Numbered from the stretch's first letter, positions 38,730 through 49,640 are shown. The stretch: DNA of 64,000 nucleotides from Longimicrobiales bacterium (GCA_965248625.1 OZ252109.1:499424-563423), one strand, 5' to 3'. A program made the numbers and translations. Notes: generated by a model not told the origin, from the letters alone.

Positions 38730-40724
38730 TCAGTTCATCACCTCGAACCGCCTCGTTGCCACGATCGTCGATCGGCCCCTGGCCTGGAGCTCCAGGCGGA
38801 GCAGGTACGATCCTCGGTCGAGGTTGCGCAGGTCCAGCTCGACGGCCCGGAAGTGCGCGCCGCGGCGCCCCGGTCCAGGCTCACTCCACTCGAGCAGCAC
38901 GGGATCGTCCCGGCCAAGCAGTCGTAGCCATTCGCCGGCCCTTCGGAGCGCCGACCGGTTCTCGTGCTCGACCGTGATCCGGTACTGGAGCTCCTCGTCG
39001 CCGGGGCTGAGCCCGTAGACTTCCCAGGCCACTCCCACGGGCCGAAGCGCAGCCAGCGTCAGTGAGGGAAGCGCGTGCGCGATGGCGGTGTCGAGCGATC
39101 GAGGCAGCGAGTCGGTTGCGTCGATCAGGAGGAGGTCGGACAGCACGGGGATGTCCTCGAGATACGGGGCCATCGCGAGCCCACCACGGACGCGTCCACC
39201 GCTCTTGGCGTCCCGGTCGAGGGCTTCGACGCTGACGAGGTAGGATCCCAGTGGCACAGTGGCCGTCAGGACGCCTTCAGCCGGACCGAACGACCTCGTC
39301 GCCGCCACGGGGCGAGTGCCCCCCAGAGCATTCGCGTCGAAGAGGAAGAGTCCCGCCTGGACGGATCGCTCGGCGACGGCTCCGATGGACGACCCAGCGC
39401 CACCCGTCGGGATTGCGGTGGCGGTCCGTTGCTCGGCCAGCGGCTCGTCGCGCCGTTGGTTGCCGGCCCCTTGGACGAGCGGCCGCTGATCACCGGGCCT
39501 TTGGACCACGTCGCCCTGGCCGTCGACCTCTGGCAGCCTCAGCCGAAACGCCCCGACCACCACGATCGAGTCACCGCTTCGAAAACGAGCAATCTGCGTG
39601 TGGAGCGTGGCGAGATCGGGGGCGTATGAGGGCGCGTACGCGCTGCGCGGCCGCTGGACACCGACACCCCACGAGGCCGGCTCTCCGAGCGTCGAGTGCG
39701 AGAGCAGCCCATCGGGCGGCATGTAGCGTTCGGTCTTCGGGAGGTGCCGACCGACAACGCTGACGGAGCTCGGATCCATGCCCGCACGGGGGATGGACCG
39801 GAGCCAGCTCGTCTCGTGCCCGTACCGCACCGCGAGCTCGTCCAGCCCGCGGGACCACGCGATCCCGTGGGGATTACGGGCGCGGCTTTGGATTCGACCC
39901 GAGACTTGTCGACTCAGGTGCTCTGTCCAACGGTCGTTGCCACGAACGAGGTAGTACGGATCGGCGAGGGTCCAGAGGCGGGCGACCAGGGCCGTGCGGT
40001 CCTCGTCCTCGAGCCGCTGGAGGAGGTCCGCGTCGTCGTGCCCGAGAAGGGGCTTCGGATTCGTCCACTCCTCGGCGCGATCGGTGTCCATGGTCTCGAG
40101 AGCGGCGCGGAAAGCGCGTTCAGAGTCCTCGAATCGCTCTAGCCGGTGAAGGGTCAGACCCCGCAGCGCATCGCACCATCCTGGCTCGGTGGAACGGCAT
40201 TCGCGGACGACTCCGACCGCCTCGTACGCCCGACCGGCCTCAACCAGGTAGTGCACGCGCTGACCCGTGATCCACCCATCACCCGGAATCGCGTTCCCCG
40301 CCCCCGCCAGCGTGTCCAGCAGCTCGTCGCGGGCGCGCGTGATCTCGACCGCTTCAGGGTCGGGTTGCCAGTCGTTGTCGTCGTCGTGCCAGAAGCACAT
40401 CAACCCGACCCGCTCGTGACATTCGCCGGAAGTGGACGTCCAAGTGCGAGGGAGGTGACGGATGCGGGTCCGCTCGAAGCGCCGCTGTGCTCTCCTGGCT
40501 TCCTCGAGAATCCGGACCGAATCGGTGGCGAGCCCGCTGTCATTCGGGTCAGGATCGGACGGCTCAGTGCCGGTGGTGGTGGCAGCGGCCTGGCGGGCGG
40601 GAAACGCGACCGAGGCCGGCGTTTCCGCGGCCCACAACCCCATCGGCGTCCCTACCGCGACAATCATCGCGGAGATCAGCACGTAGAGTTGGGCCGGCAT
40701 TCGCATGGCAGAGCCTGGTCTCAC
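38730..40724 (-). CDS. large secreted protein of unknown function (signal peptide; 664 aa)
   Basis: It has a long ORF with GC3-rich codons and an N-terminal signal (MRMPAQLYVLISAMIVAVGTPMGLWAAE). No confident domain assignment was made; a GWxTD-like motif was considered and not called. It is inserted between prs and tRNA-Gln/ispE. Confidence 0.6.
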   Translation of the reverse strand: MRPGSAMRMPAQLYVLISAMIVAVGTPMGLWAAETPASVAFPARQAAATTTGTEPSDPDPNDSGLATDSVRILEEARRAQRRFERTRIRHLPRTWTSTSGECHERVGLMCFWHDDDNDWQPDPEAVEITRARDELLDTLAGAGNAIPGDGWITGQRVHYLVEAGRAYEAVGVVRECRSTEPGWCDALRGLTLHRLERFEDSERAFRAALETMDTDRAEEWTNPKPLLGHDDADLLQRLEDEDRTALVARLWTLADPYYLVRGNDRWTEHLSRQVSGRIQSRARNPHGIAWSRGLDELAVRYGHETSWLRSIPRAGMDPSSVSVVGRHLPKTERYMPPDGLLSHSTLGEPASWGVGVQRPRSAYAPSYAPDLATLHTQIARFRSGDSIVVVGAFRLRLPEVDGQGDVVQRPGDQRPLVQGAGNQRRDEPLAEQRTATAIPTGGAGSSIGAVAERSVQAGLFLFDANALGGTRPVAATRSFGPAEGVLTATVPLGSYLVSVEALDRDAKSGGRVRGGLAMAPYLEDIPVLSDLLLIDATDSLPRSLDTAIAHALPSLTLAALRPVGVAWEVYGLSPGDEELQYRITVEHENRSALRRAGEWLRLLGRDDPVLLEWSEPGPGRRGAHFRAVELDLRNLDRGSYLLRLELQARGRSTIVATRRFEVMN

Positions 40725-40773
40725 AGGCCGCGGTCGGAAGCGCGAGCCCGGTGCTCCGAGCGGCGGTAGCGCA

Positions 40774-40844
40774 TTGGCCCGGGTGGATTCGAACCACCAT
40801 TACCGGTTCCAAAGACCGGTGTCCTGCCATTGGACGACGGGCCA
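40774..40844 (-). tRNA. tRNA-Gln (anticodon UUG)
   Basis: Minus strand: UGGCCCG-UC-GUCCAAUGGCAGGAC-A-CCGGU-CUUUGGA-ACCGG-UAAU-GGUGG-UUCGAAU-CCACC-CGGGCCA-A. The cloverleaf has a 7-bp acceptor stem, a T-loop (UUCGAAU), a 7-nt anticodon loop with UUG, and no encoded CCA. Coordinates are +/-2 bp. Confidence 0.75.
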
Positions 40845-40986
40845 GCGGGTACGACTGTAACAGCACCAATGTTACGTGCCCGCGCGAGCGGGGCTACCAG
40901 CTTCTCCCCTGGTACACGAGCCGCTCGAAATCGTAGCGGTGCCCACATGCGCCTTCAAGAGCGTCGGCGAGGCCATAGCGGGCCGG

Positions 40987-41940
40987 CTATTCCGGCTCGA
41001 CGGCCGGGAAGGACTCAAGCGTCCGCGCGTGGTGGACCCGTGCGTGAGGGAGCGCATCCTCGATCGAGGCACGTGCCCGGTCAGCGGACCCTTCGTCCTC
41101 GTACACGCCGAACATGGTGCTTCCGCTCCCCGACATGAGTCCGAGCATCGGCCCCGTTTCCACCACCGCATCCAGCGCGCGCTCGAGCTCCGGGAGAGCC
41201 TTGAAGACTGGACCCTCGAAGTCGTTGGATGCGAGGGTCGCCACAGCGGCCCAGCTCGACAGCTCGCCAGGGTCGCGTGGTCTCGCGGCAGGCTTCTCGT
41301 CGTCCGCGAGGAGCACCTCGGCGGTCGTAATCATGTCTGCGGTCGAAATATTGCGGCGGCGGCTCCGCGCCCGAGCGTCGGCAAGGAGACCGTACGCCCA
41401 GCCCGTCCCGACCGATTCGTCGGGAACGACGAGGAGCACCGGCTTCGGGGGTAGCGGCGGGAGAGGAGTGAGCTCGTCACCGCGACCCCCTCCCAGAGCG
41501 AACGGTGAGGACGAAAGGAAGAACGGGACGTCGGATCCGAGGCCTTTGGCGATCTCGGTCAGCTCGGTTTGACCGAGGGGTTGTCCGAACAACGCGTCGA
41601 GACACCGTAGCGTCGCGGCGGCGTCCGAGGACCCTCCACCCAGGCCCCCTCCGGCCAAAATCCGCTTTTCCAAATGGATCGTGACGCCCCCCGACGATCC
41701 GGCTGCTCTCAGGAATGCGGCCGCCGCTTTGTGCACCAGGTTGTCACGGGGATCGCCGAGGTCGGCTCCGATGACGTCGAGGGTGATTCCGGCCGCGCTC
41801 CGGACTACGTGGAGGCGGTCGCTCACGTCGACGGCAGCGAAGAGCGTATCGAGGTCGTGGTAGCCATCGGCGCGCTGCTCCAACACGCGGAGGAACAGGT
41901 TGATCTTCGCGGGGGCAGCGATGGAGACCGCGTGCGGCAC
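40987..41940 (-). CDS. ispE: 4-diphosphocytidyl-2-C-methyl-D-erythritol kinase
   Basis: PAKINLFL, the GHMP kinase motif (GGGLGGGSSDAAATL) and the conserved ispE/tRNA-Gln/prs neighbourhood are present. Confidence 0.85.
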   Translation of the reverse strand: MPHAVSIAAPAKINLFLRVLEQRADGYHDLDTLFAAVDVSDRLHVVRSAAGITLDVIGADLGDPRDNLVHKAAAAFLRAAGSSGGVTIHLEKRILAGGGLGGGSSDAAATLRCLDALFGQPLGQTELTEIAKGLGSDVPFFLSSSPFALGGGRGDELTPLPPLPPKPVLLVVPDESVGTGWAYGLLADARARSRRRNISTADMITTAEVLLADDEKPAARPRDPGELSSWAAVATLASNDFEGPVFKALPELERALDAVVETGPMLGLMSGSGSTMFGVYEDEGSADRARASIEDALPHARVHHARTLESFPAVEPE

Positions 41941-41941
41941 C

Positions 41942-42997
41942 TCAGGTCCCCTGTCGGATCTCCGGGTGATCGGCTTCCACGGCTTCCTCGACCGACTCCT
42001 CCGCAGACCCGACGTCCTTCCAGGTGAAACCTACGCGCCAAGCATACCACAACCCAATGAGGGTGATGGGCAGAAAGGTGGTCATGTGATAGCCGATGGC
42101 GAACGCGAGCGTCTGGCTCTCAGGCACGCCGAACACATCGACAAGCCCGATCTTGGCGCCAGCTTCGAAGGTTCCGAAGAAGCCGGGGCCGGACGGAACC
42201 GCGACTGCGAACGCGATGGTCCCGTTCACGAACATGGCGGCTGCGTAGTCGAGGTCGATGTCAAACGCCTTGAACGCAAGCCAGAACGAGGTGATGTGCC
42301 ACAGCCAGAATCCGAAGCTCCAGGTCAGCCCCTGGACCAGTAGCTTCGGGTCTTGCAGCGCGCCGAGGCCGTCGAGAAACGCCTCGAGCACGTCCACGAC
42401 GAGCCTTCCCACCTTTCGGGGGAGCAGGCCAGCGACGCGCTCCGCGACTCGAACCACTTGGCGCGGGAACACGAGCACGAGGGCGATCCCGAAGAGCAGC
42501 ACGCCCAGCGCGATCATCATGCCTCGTAGCGCGACGCCCAGGGGCTGACCGGCGATTGTCACCTCGGTCGGAAAGGACGGGGACGCCAGCGACAGAAAGA
42601 GCAGCGCGAGGATGACGACCGCGTCGAGAAAGCGCTCCACGACGAGCGACGCGAAGGACCCGGACAGGCTCAGTTTCTCCAAACGGGCGAGTGAGAACGC
42701 CCGGGCGAACTCCCCCACCCGTGCTGGGAGGACGTTGTTCGCCATGAATCCGATGCTGGTGGAGGCGAAGCGGCTGTGCAGGGTCGTGTCGGGGCGCAGC
42801 GGGTGAAGAAGGACTTTCCACCGCATGGCCCGTAGGAGAAACCCGAAGGTGGCTACGAACGCCGCGGCCAGGAGGAGCCATGGGTTCGCTGTGCCGATCT
42901 CCGCTGCGATCTCCCCCAGGTCCTCTCCCCGGAACACCCACCACAGGAGTACGACGCTGATGGCGATCCCGAGTACGGATCTCCAGTCTAGCTTCAA
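41942..42997 (-). CDS. flippase-like/lysylphosphatidylglycerol-synthase-TM-like membrane protein (UPF0104/YbhN family)
   Basis: It has about 8 TM helices and an RWK.LL motif. Confidence 0.7.
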   Translation of the reverse strand: MKLDWRSVLGIAISVVLLWWVFRGEDLGEIAAEIGTANPWLLLAAAFVATFGFLLRAMRWKVLLHPLRPDTTLHSRFASTSIGFMANNVLPARVGEFARAFSLARLEKLSLSGSFASLVVERFLDAVVILALLFLSLASPSFPTEVTIAGQPLGVALRGMMIALGVLLFGIALVLVFPRQVVRVAERVAGLLPRKVGRLVVDVLEAFLDGLGALQDPKLLVQGLTWSFGFWLWHITSFWLAFKAFDIDLDYAAAMFVNGTIAFAVAVPSGPGFFGTFEAGAKIGLVDVFGVPESQTLAFAIGYHMTTFLPITLIGLWYAWRVGFTWKDVGSAEESVEEAVEADHPEIRQGT

Positions 42998-43007
42998 GTG
43001 GGAAGCC

Positions 43008-43787
43008 TCAATATCCGAGGGGTGGGAGCCAGCTGGCGTTCTCGTCGACTAGAGCTGGAGCGCGGCGGATGAGGTCCTTCATCTCTCCTACGGCTCGCTC
43101 GAGGCCCACAAAAACCGCTCGAGAGATGATGCTGTGTCCGATGTTGAGCTCTTCGATGTCACGGACGGCCGCGACGGGAACGACGTTCTCGTACGTCAGG
43201 CCATGACCCGCGTGGACGGCAAGGCCGGCAGCGCGTCCGGCCGCCGCGGCCGCCATCAGCCGCTCGAGCTGCCGCGGACGTTCGTTCGCGTCGGCCAAGG
43301 CGTATTCTCCCGTGTGCAGCTCTACTGCATCCGCACCCAGCTCGGCGCTCGCTCGGATCGCGTCCCCGTCCGGGTCTATGAAGAGTGAGGTGCGCACACC
43401 GGCGCCCTTCAACCGAGCCAGGGCCTCCGCCATTGCGCCCATGACGTCCCGCGATTCGAGCGCGAGCCCCCCCTCGGTCGTCACCTCCTCGCGACGCTCT
43501 GGCACGAGGGTGGCCTGCATCGGACTGAGCTCGCACGCCAGATCGACGATGTCGGGGGCAGTGGCAAGCTCCAGGTTGATGACGGTGCGCGCGGTGCCCA
43601 TGAGGAGCCGAACATCGCGGTCGTGGATGTGTCGGCGATCTTCGCGGAGGTGTACAGTGAGCCCGTCCGCCCCCCCGAGCTCCGCCAGCACGGCGGCGCG
43701 CACCGGGTCGGGCTCGTCGGTCTTGCGCGCCTCCCGGACGGTGGCGACGTGGTCGATGTTGACGTAGAACCGCATGCGATCGGTCAA
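43008..43787 (-). CDS. pdxJ: pyridoxine 5'-phosphate synthase
   Basis: [10 protein letters not shown] ... HLREDRRHI is present with a TIM-barrel length. Confidence 0.9.
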   Translation of the reverse strand: MTDRMRFYVNIDHVATVREARKTDEPDPVRAAVLAELGGADGLTVHLREDRRHIHDRDVRLLMGTARTVINLELATAPDIVDLACELSPMQATLVPERREEVTTEGGLALESRDVMGAMAEALARLKGAGVRTSLFIDPDGDAIRASAELGADAVELHTGEYALADANERPRQLERLMAAAAAGRAAGLAVHAGHGLTYENVVPVAAVRDIEELNIGHSIISRAVFVGLERAVGEMKDLIRRAPALVDENASWLPPLGY

Positions 43788-44992
43788 CCCGTCTGTTGAG
43801 TGTTGCCTTCGAGCGCGCGTCGGCCGTCGGCCGCGGCATCGGGCAGCACGGTAACCCCCTCGTGTGCGTTGAGTCGCCCGAGGAGAGGCGCCGGCACGCG
43901 CGCCGTGACCGTTACAGCGGAGCCGTCTCGCGTCACCTCGAGAACCTCACCCTCCCGGTAGAGAGCGGCAAGCGTTCGACCATCGGCGGCTGGAAGCAAG
44001 ATCCGGACCTCGCGCAGCGTTGCTCGGATCCGCGCCACGAGGGCCGTTCTCAATCGATCGAGCGTTTCCGCGCGGTGGGCGGACACGAACACTGCCGGCA
44101 GTGGTTCCAACGCCCGTATGCGCTCCCTAAGCGCTTCTTCCTCTTCGTGGGTGATCCGGTCCGTCTTGTTGAACACCAGCACTTGGGGAGCGCCGCTCAA
44201 GTCCAACTCACCCAGAACCTCATGGACCACGTGGACCTGCTCTTCCCAGTCGCTGTGCGAGGCGTCGATCACGTGCAGAAGCAAGTCCGCCTCGCGGGCT
44301 TCTTCGAGCGTCGAGCGGAACGAGGCGATGAGGTGGTGCGGGAGCTTGCGGATAAAGCCGACGGTGTCCGTGAGCAGCGCTTCGTGACCCCCTCCCAGAT
44401 CGACGGGGCGAGTGGCTGAGTCGAGCGTGGCGAAGAGACGGTCCTCCACGAAGAGATCCGCTCCCGACAACGCCTTCAATAGCGACGACTTCCCGGCATT
44501 CGTATAGCCGACGAGCGCCGCGCGATACGAGCCGACGCGGCTTTTGCGCTGGGTCTCGCGCGATTTGGCGACAACTTTGAGCTTGCTCTTCAACTCGGTG
44601 ATCCGCACTCCGATGAGGCGCCGATCGCTCTCGAGCTGCGTCTCGCCAGGTCCACGCAGCCCAATGCCTCCCCGGATCCGCGATAGATGGCTCCACATCC
44701 TCTTCAGGCGAGGAAGCAAGTACTCGAGCTGAGCGAGCTCCACCTGCATCTTCGCTTCTCTGCTGCGCGCTCGTGTCGCGAAGATGTCGAGTATGAGCTC
44801 CGGCCGATCCATGACGCGAACGCCGAGGTAGTCCTCGAGGTGCTTCGCTTGATCCGGCTTCAACTCCTCGTCGAAGATCACGAGGTCTGCATCGGTGGCG
44901 CGCGCCAGCTCGCGCAACTCCTCCACCTTGCCTTTCCCGATATAGAAATGGGGATGCGGGGCGTCGATGCGCTGCTGGACGACGGTGGACAC
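43784..44992 (-). CDS. hflX: GTPase HflX
   Basis: It has the HflX N-domain and a G-domain ([24 protein letters not shown]). There is a 4-bp overlap with pdxJ. Confidence 0.9.
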   Translation of the reverse strand: MSTVVQQRIDAPHPHFYIGKGKVEELRELARATDADLVIFDEELKPDQAKHLEDYLGVRVMDRPELILDIFATRARSREAKMQVELAQLEYLLPRLKRMWSHLSRIRGGIGLRGPGETQLESDRRLIGVRITELKSKLKVVAKSRETQRKSRVGSYRAALVGYTNAGKSSLLKALSGADLFVEDRLFATLDSATRPVDLGGGHEALLTDTVGFIRKLPHHLIASFRSTLEEAREADLLLHVIDASHSDWEEQVHVVHEVLGELDLSGAPQVLVFNKTDRITHEEEEALRERIRALEPLPAVFVSAHRAETLDRLRTALVARIRATLREVRILLPAADGRTLAALYREGEVLEVTRDGSAVTVTARVPAPLLGRLNAHEGVTVLPDAAADGRRALEGNTQQTG

Positions 44993-45161
44993 GACCCCGC
45001 CGGCTGTGTCGGTGAGCCGCGCCAGCTCGTCGATGTGCTCTTGAGCGATTCTCGTGTCCAGACTCTTGAGGGGGGCCCCGACGAGGATGGCGGACTCAAC
45101 CGGCGTGCGGTTGTCGATGAGCTGGCTGGGAATCTCGGTCTCCTCGGGTTCGTGAACCCTC

Positions 45162-46613
45162 TTACTTCGCTTGGCGGCCCGAAACGTTCCCGTCGTCTGG
45201 GACGCTCTCTGCGGCGGCCTCTTTTCGGCGCTCGGCGAACCACTGTAGCCGTTCGGCGACCAACGCCTCCTGCCCGGCCGTTCCCGGCCGATAGAAGCGT
45301 CGGCCGTCGAGCACCTCCGGGAGGTATTTCTGGTCAGCGACCCCGCCGACCGTGTCGGGGTCGTATTCGTAGTTCGCCCCGTACGCGAGCTCCTTCATGA
45401 GGTCGGTCGGAGCGTTCCTGAGGTGGAGCGGGACCGGCGCTCCTGGAGTCTCGCGCGCGGCCGCGGTGGCCTCACGCCATCCAGTGTAGAGTCGGTTCGA
45501 CTTCGGAGCGGCGGCGAGGTAAACGGCCACCTCGGCGAGAGCCAGCTCGCCCTCAGGGGACCCGAGGAAGTGGAAGGCGTCGCGTCCAACGATCGCCAGG
45601 CGCAACGCTTCAGGATCGGCGAGCCCGATGTCTTCGGATGCCATCCGCACGAGCCGGCGCGCGATGTAGAGCGGGTCTTCGCCTGCATTCAGCATCCGAG
45701 CCAGCCAATAGAGCGCCCCGTCCGGATCGCTCCCACGTACTGCTTTGTGCAAGGCCGAAACAACGTTGAAGTGTTCCTCACCGGACTTGTCGTAGACCGG
45801 GAAGCGATGCTGGGCCGCCTCTTCCGCGTGCTCGAGGGTGATCGATGCCCCGCCACCGGCCAGCTCGTTGGCACGCTCCAGCACACCGAGTGCCCGGCGC
45901 GCGTCACCGTCCGCGTACCGGGCGATCCACTCGAAGACGGAAGCCGGTGCGGAGGAAGGGCCAGGCGCGACGCCGCGGTCGGGTTCGCTCAGCGCACGCT
46001 CTAGGATCCCAATGAGGTCGGTGGGCTCGAGGGGCTCCAGGACGAATACGGGAGCTCGCGACAGCAAGGGTCGGACGATCGCGAAGCTTGGGTTCTCGGT
46101 CGTGGCGCCGACGAGCACGACCACGCCCTCCTCGACGTGGGGCAGGAAAGCATCCTGCTGGGCCTTGTTGAATCGGTGGATCTCGTCGCAGAAGAGGATC
46201 GTCCGGCGCCCGGTAGCGAGGAGACGCTCCCGGGCTTCGGCGATGATCTCCCTCACGCGTGCCACTCCCTCCGTCACCGCGGAGAAAGCGACGAAGGCGG
46301 CGTCGCTTCGCTCGGCCAGGAGACGTGCGAGCGTGGTCTTTCCGCTGCCGGGAGGCCCCCACAGGATGAGGCTCGAAAGCGCCCCTCCCTCGAGCATCGT
46401 CTTGAGTGGACTTCCCTCCCCGAGAACGCTTCGCTGACCGACGAACTCATCGAGGGTTCGGGGCCGCATACGTGCGGCTAGCGGTGCGGCGACCTGCCCA
46501 GCCGTCCATGGCGAGGGTCCACCACCCGGCGGAGCCGCCGCTTCGCCCGGCCCTCGCTTGGCCCGGTCCTCTCGCGAGGCGCCGGCTTCACCGAACAGCG
46601 ATAGCTCGTCCAC
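45162..46613 (-). CDS. rarA: replication-associated recombination protein A (RarA/MgsA AAA+ ATPase)
   Basis: LWGPPGSGKTTLARL, Walker B (FCDEIHRFNK) and the MgsA C-terminal domain are present. Confidence 0.9.
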   Translation of the reverse strand: MDELSLFGEAGASREDRAKRGPGEAAAPPGGGPSPWTAGQVAAPLAARMRPRTLDEFVGQRSVLGEGSPLKTMLEGGALSSLILWGPPGSGKTTLARLLAERSDAAFVAFSAVTEGVARVREIIAEARERLLATGRRTILFCDEIHRFNKAQQDAFLPHVEEGVVVLVGATTENPSFAIVRPLLSRAPVFVLEPLEPTDLIGILERALSEPDRGVAPGPSSAPASVFEWIARYADGDARRALGVLERANELAGGGASITLEHAEEAAQHRFPVYDKSGEEHFNVVSALHKAVRGSDPDGALYWLARMLNAGEDPLYIARRLVRMASEDIGLADPEALRLAIVGRDAFHFLGSPEGELALAEVAVYLAAAPKSNRLYTGWREATAAARETPGAPVPLHLRNAPTDLMKELAYGANYEYDPDTVGGVADQKYLPEVLDGRRFYRPGTAGQEALVAERLQWFAERRKEAAAESVPDDGNVSGRQAK

Positions 46614-46616
46614 GCT

Positions 46617-47960
46617 TCAGGCGTCTCCTTCGGGCTTGCTCTCGATATAACCCTCGACATAGGTGGAGAGCTGCTCGGGCTCGTTGCGAGCGGGGTCTTC
46701 GAGAACGAGGTCGAGCAGGTGTCCCAAGATCTCGCCGAAGCGGGGGCTTGGGCGGAGTCCCATGGCGATGAGGTGTCGGCCGTCGACGGCCAGGTCGTTC
46801 ACGCTCAGGGGAGGCTTCGCGGCCAGCTCACCGCGTATCGCCCGCCAACGTGCGGTCACCTGCCCGGACGTTCCGAAGTCCCCGGAGCCCGCGTCGACAC
46901 GCGCCTTCGCGATCCACACGCGGGCCAGATCGTGAAGATCCTCCAAGCGAACCTCGCTCAACCAGCGTCGAAGCTCCGCCGGCGACGCGCTCGGCTGGGG
47001 TGGATGGGCAGAGGTCCCGACGAGGGAGGCCACCTTGTTTGTTTTCGCCCGCGAGTACCGGAGCCTCTCCATCAACGCCGCCGCTCGGAGCGCGCCTCGA
47101 ACACGCGGCGGCTCGCCCTCGGCGGGGCCCGCGCTCGGAAAGCCCACGGCGTGAAGCAGGCAGGCCAAGCGCACGAGAGGCTTTCCCGCCAAGGCCGCGT
47201 CGGCCATCAGGAGGCTTCTGCTCCACGCGTCGAGACCCCCATCATCGTCGACGTGCCCCACGCACGCGTCGAGCTCGGGGTACAGCACCGGAAGGACCCC
47301 AGCCGCGGCGTAGAGGGAGAGCGCGCGCGACGGACGGGGAGTGGACGCGAGGATCTTGGTGAGCTCCTCGCGCACCCTCTCGGGTGACAGCTCGGGGAGC
47401 TGGTCCATCGAGCCACACAGCGCCGCCCAAGTACCCTTCTCGATCGTCATGTCGAAGTGACCCGCGAAGCGAAGCGCCCGAAGGACGCGAAGATAGTCCT
47501 CGGCAAAGCGGGTCTCGGCGTCTCCTACGGTTCGGAGGAGTCTGGCCTCGAGATCCCGAGCCCCGCCGAATGGATCGCGCAACTCCTCTCGCAACGGATG
47601 CCATGCAATGGCATTGATCGTGAAATCGCGCCTTGCCAGGTCGTCCTCCAACTCCTCGGCGAACTCGACGACCGCGTGACGGCCGAAGGTCTCCACGTCC
47701 CGGCGAAAGGTCGTGACCTCGTAGAGAGTGTCGTCGCGGGTCAGGACCCCGACCGTTCCGTGATCGATCCCGATCGGGACGGTCCTCTTGAAGATCTTCC
47801 GGACCTGTTCCGGGCGGGCTCGGGTCGTGAGGTCCCAGTCGCCCCCGTCGCGGCCTGCCAAGCTATCCCGAACAGCTCCGCCCACGGCCCAGGTAGCGAA
47901 GCCGGCGTCCTCGAGCGTACGGATGATCCAGCGGACGGCGGGCGGGGCCGTCGGGATCAC
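46617..47960 (-). CDS. cca: CCA-adding enzyme / poly(A) polymerase family tRNA nucleotidyltransferase with HD domain
   Basis: AVGGAVRD...DWDL and RDFTINA motifs are present. Confidence 0.85.
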   Translation of the reverse strand: MIPTAPPAVRWIIRTLEDAGFATWAVGGAVRDSLAGRDGGDWDLTTRARPEQVRKIFKRTVPIGIDHGTVGVLTRDDTLYEVTTFRRDVETFGRHAVVEFAEELEDDLARRDFTINAIAWHPLREELRDPFGGARDLEARLLRTVGDAETRFAEDYLRVLRALRFAGHFDMTIEKGTWAALCGSMDQLPELSPERVREELTKILASTPRPSRALSLYAAAGVLPVLYPELDACVGHVDDDGGLDAWSRSLLMADAALAGKPLVRLACLLHAVGFPSAGPAEGEPPRVRGALRAAALMERLRYSRAKTNKVASLVGTSAHPPQPSASPAELRRWLSEVRLEDLHDLARVWIAKARVDAGSGDFGTSGQVTARWRAIRGELAAKPPLSVNDLAVDGRHLIAMGLRPSPRFGEILGHLLDLVLEDPARNEPEQLSTYVEGYIESKPEGDA

Positions 47961-48048
47961 AGGGAGCTCGGGCGAGCGGACGTCATCCGGGGGAGAGCCC
48001 GGGCACAGCGCGAAGGATCATGGCTCGCCCACCCTTCCGCGACCGGGC

Positions 48049-48819
48049 TCAACCCGGTAGCACCGCACCACCGTTCACGTTCAGGATCTCACCCGTGACG
48101 TGGCGACCCAGGGGGGAGCAGAGGAATACGATCGGACCGGCGATGTCGTCCGGCTCCGCGATGCGCCCGAGCGGGATCCCGGCTTCGATCCGCGCCCGGC
48201 CGGCGTCCTCCAACGCAGGTCGCGACATTTCCGTGTCGATCCACCCCGGTGCCACCGCGTTGACCGTGACTCCCCGGGGTGCCAGCTCGATACACAGGCC
48301 TTTCACCATGGAGATCATCGCGCCTTTCGTGGCGGCGTAGTCCACGTGAAACGCTTCACCCCGCTGACCCGCCGTCGAGCTCACGAACACGATCGCGCCT
48401 CCGCGCCGGATGCGGGTTGCTGCGGCCCGCGTCGTGAAGAATGTGGAGTCGAGGTTCACGGCGATCGTCCGGCTCCAGCGCTCGTCTTCCATCGTGGCGA
48501 TGGGCACATCCGTAGCGGGCCAAATCCCGGCATTGGCCACGAAGATATCCAACCCGTCGAACTCACGGTCGGCGCGCTCGAATAGTGCTTGGGCGTCTTC
48601 CCTGCGTGACAAGTCACCGGCCTGCGACCAAGCGTGGACGCCATGACTCGCGACCTCCTCGACGACGGCCTGGGCCTCGTCAGACCGGGAATGGTAGCCC
48701 ACGCCGACGGAGGCGCCGGCCCGAGCGAGCAGCACGGCAGTTGCCCGCCCGACTCCCCGCGAGCCACCGGTCACCACCGCGTTCTTTCCGGTGAAGTCGA
48801 CCAGCCGTGATCGCGTCAT
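48049..48819 (-). CDS. SDR-family oxidoreductase (FabG-like)
   Basis: TGGSRGVGRA Rossmann motif, NAG, YxxxK. Confidence 0.85.
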   Translation of the reverse strand: MTRSRLVDFTGKNAVVTGGSRGVGRATAVLLARAGASVGVGYHSRSDEAQAVVEEVASHGVHAWSQAGDLSRREDAQALFERADREFDGLDIFVANAGIWPATDVPIATMEDERWSRTIAVNLDSTFFTTRAAATRIRRGGAIVFVSSTAGQRGEAFHVDYAATKGAMISMVKGLCIELAPRGVTVNAVAPGWIDTEMSRPALEDAGRARIEAGIPLGRIAEPDDIAGPIVFLCSPLGRHVTGEILNVNGGAVLPG

Positions 48820-49640
48820 CGGCGCGGACCTCGAAAAAAGTTGCGAAACCGGTTCCAGCCGCCTTCATCGATCGTCAAAGTTGGCACGGGGAGGGGTATC
48901 TCACCGTCGAAGACCCGGCCTGAATTCACGACGCTCAACAGATGCCAGTGCTCCTCGCCGTGCGCCCCGGTCATCAGCTCCCGTACTTCCTCGATGAAGA
49001 GCTGCAAGTGCGACCGGCCGTGGAAGTCTGTGGACATATAATCGATCCATCCCCGCTCCAGGAGTCGCCTGGTGTTTGACCTGGCTTCGGGGCCGTAGCG
49101 GCCGACAAGCGACCCGTAGTTCCCCTGGAGGTGAGCCCCCGCCTCGCGCCACTCGCCGATCACACGCAGGGCTGGATCGAGGCCTTGATAGCGCTCGGGA
49201 TGCGCAATGATCGGCCGCCAGCCCTCGGAACAGATCCGCGCAACGACCTCGGGTGTCCCGGGCGGGATCTGTAGGCGAGGCCACTCGACGAGAACGAATG
49301 GACCACCGTCCAGCCGAAGCCGCGGATCGGTGAAGTCGACGTCGGGGATGTCGAGCATGACTTCCTGCCCACGACGAAAGTCCAACTCCGGAAAGCGCTC
49401 GCGGACGACTGGGGTGACTTGGTTCCAGGCTTCGTCGATCTCGCGGATTCGTTCCTCGAAAGCCGCCGGCCTCCGCGTGAGGCTGCCGTCGAAGTGGGGC
49501 GTCGTAACGATCCTCGTAACCCCCAGGCGAGTCATGCGCCCAAGAGAGTCCAGCACGTCGTCGATCGACCGCGCTCCGTCATCGACGCCCGGAATCAGAT
49601 GACTGTGAAGATCCGTGATCGCGAATGGATCGTCTGTCAT
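48816..49640 (-). CDS. PHP-domain protein-tyrosine phosphatase (CpsB/YwqE-like)
   Basis: ITDLHSHLIPGVDDGA ... TPHF is present. The start was trimmed to MTDDPFAITDLHSH. There are 4-bp overlaps on both sides. Confidence 0.7.
   Translation of the reverse strand: MTDDPFAITDLHSHLIPGVDDGARSIDDVLDSLGRMTRLGVTRIVTTPHFDGSLTRRPAAFEERIREIDEAWNQVTPVVRERFPELDFRRGQEVMLDIPDVDFTDPRLRLDGGPFVLVEWPRLQIPPGTPEVVARICSEGWRPIIAHPERYQGLDPALRVIGEWREAGAHLQGNYGSLVGRYGPEARSNTRRLLERGWIDYMSTDFHGRSHLQLFIEEVRELMTGAHGEEHWHLLSVVNSGRVFDGEIPLPVPTLTIDEGGWNRFRNFFRGPRR

Noticed and set aside
38730-40724. A GWxTD-domain assignment for the 664-aa secreted protein
   Set aside because: Only loose motif resemblance (IAWSRGLDELAVRYG) was seen. 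It could not be verified without a profile search, so the gene is left as unknown function.
40721-40948. A 75-aa minus-strand ORF overlapping the tRNA-Gln gene
   Set aside because: It is explained by the tRNA. The 'protein' is read straight through the tRNA sequence.
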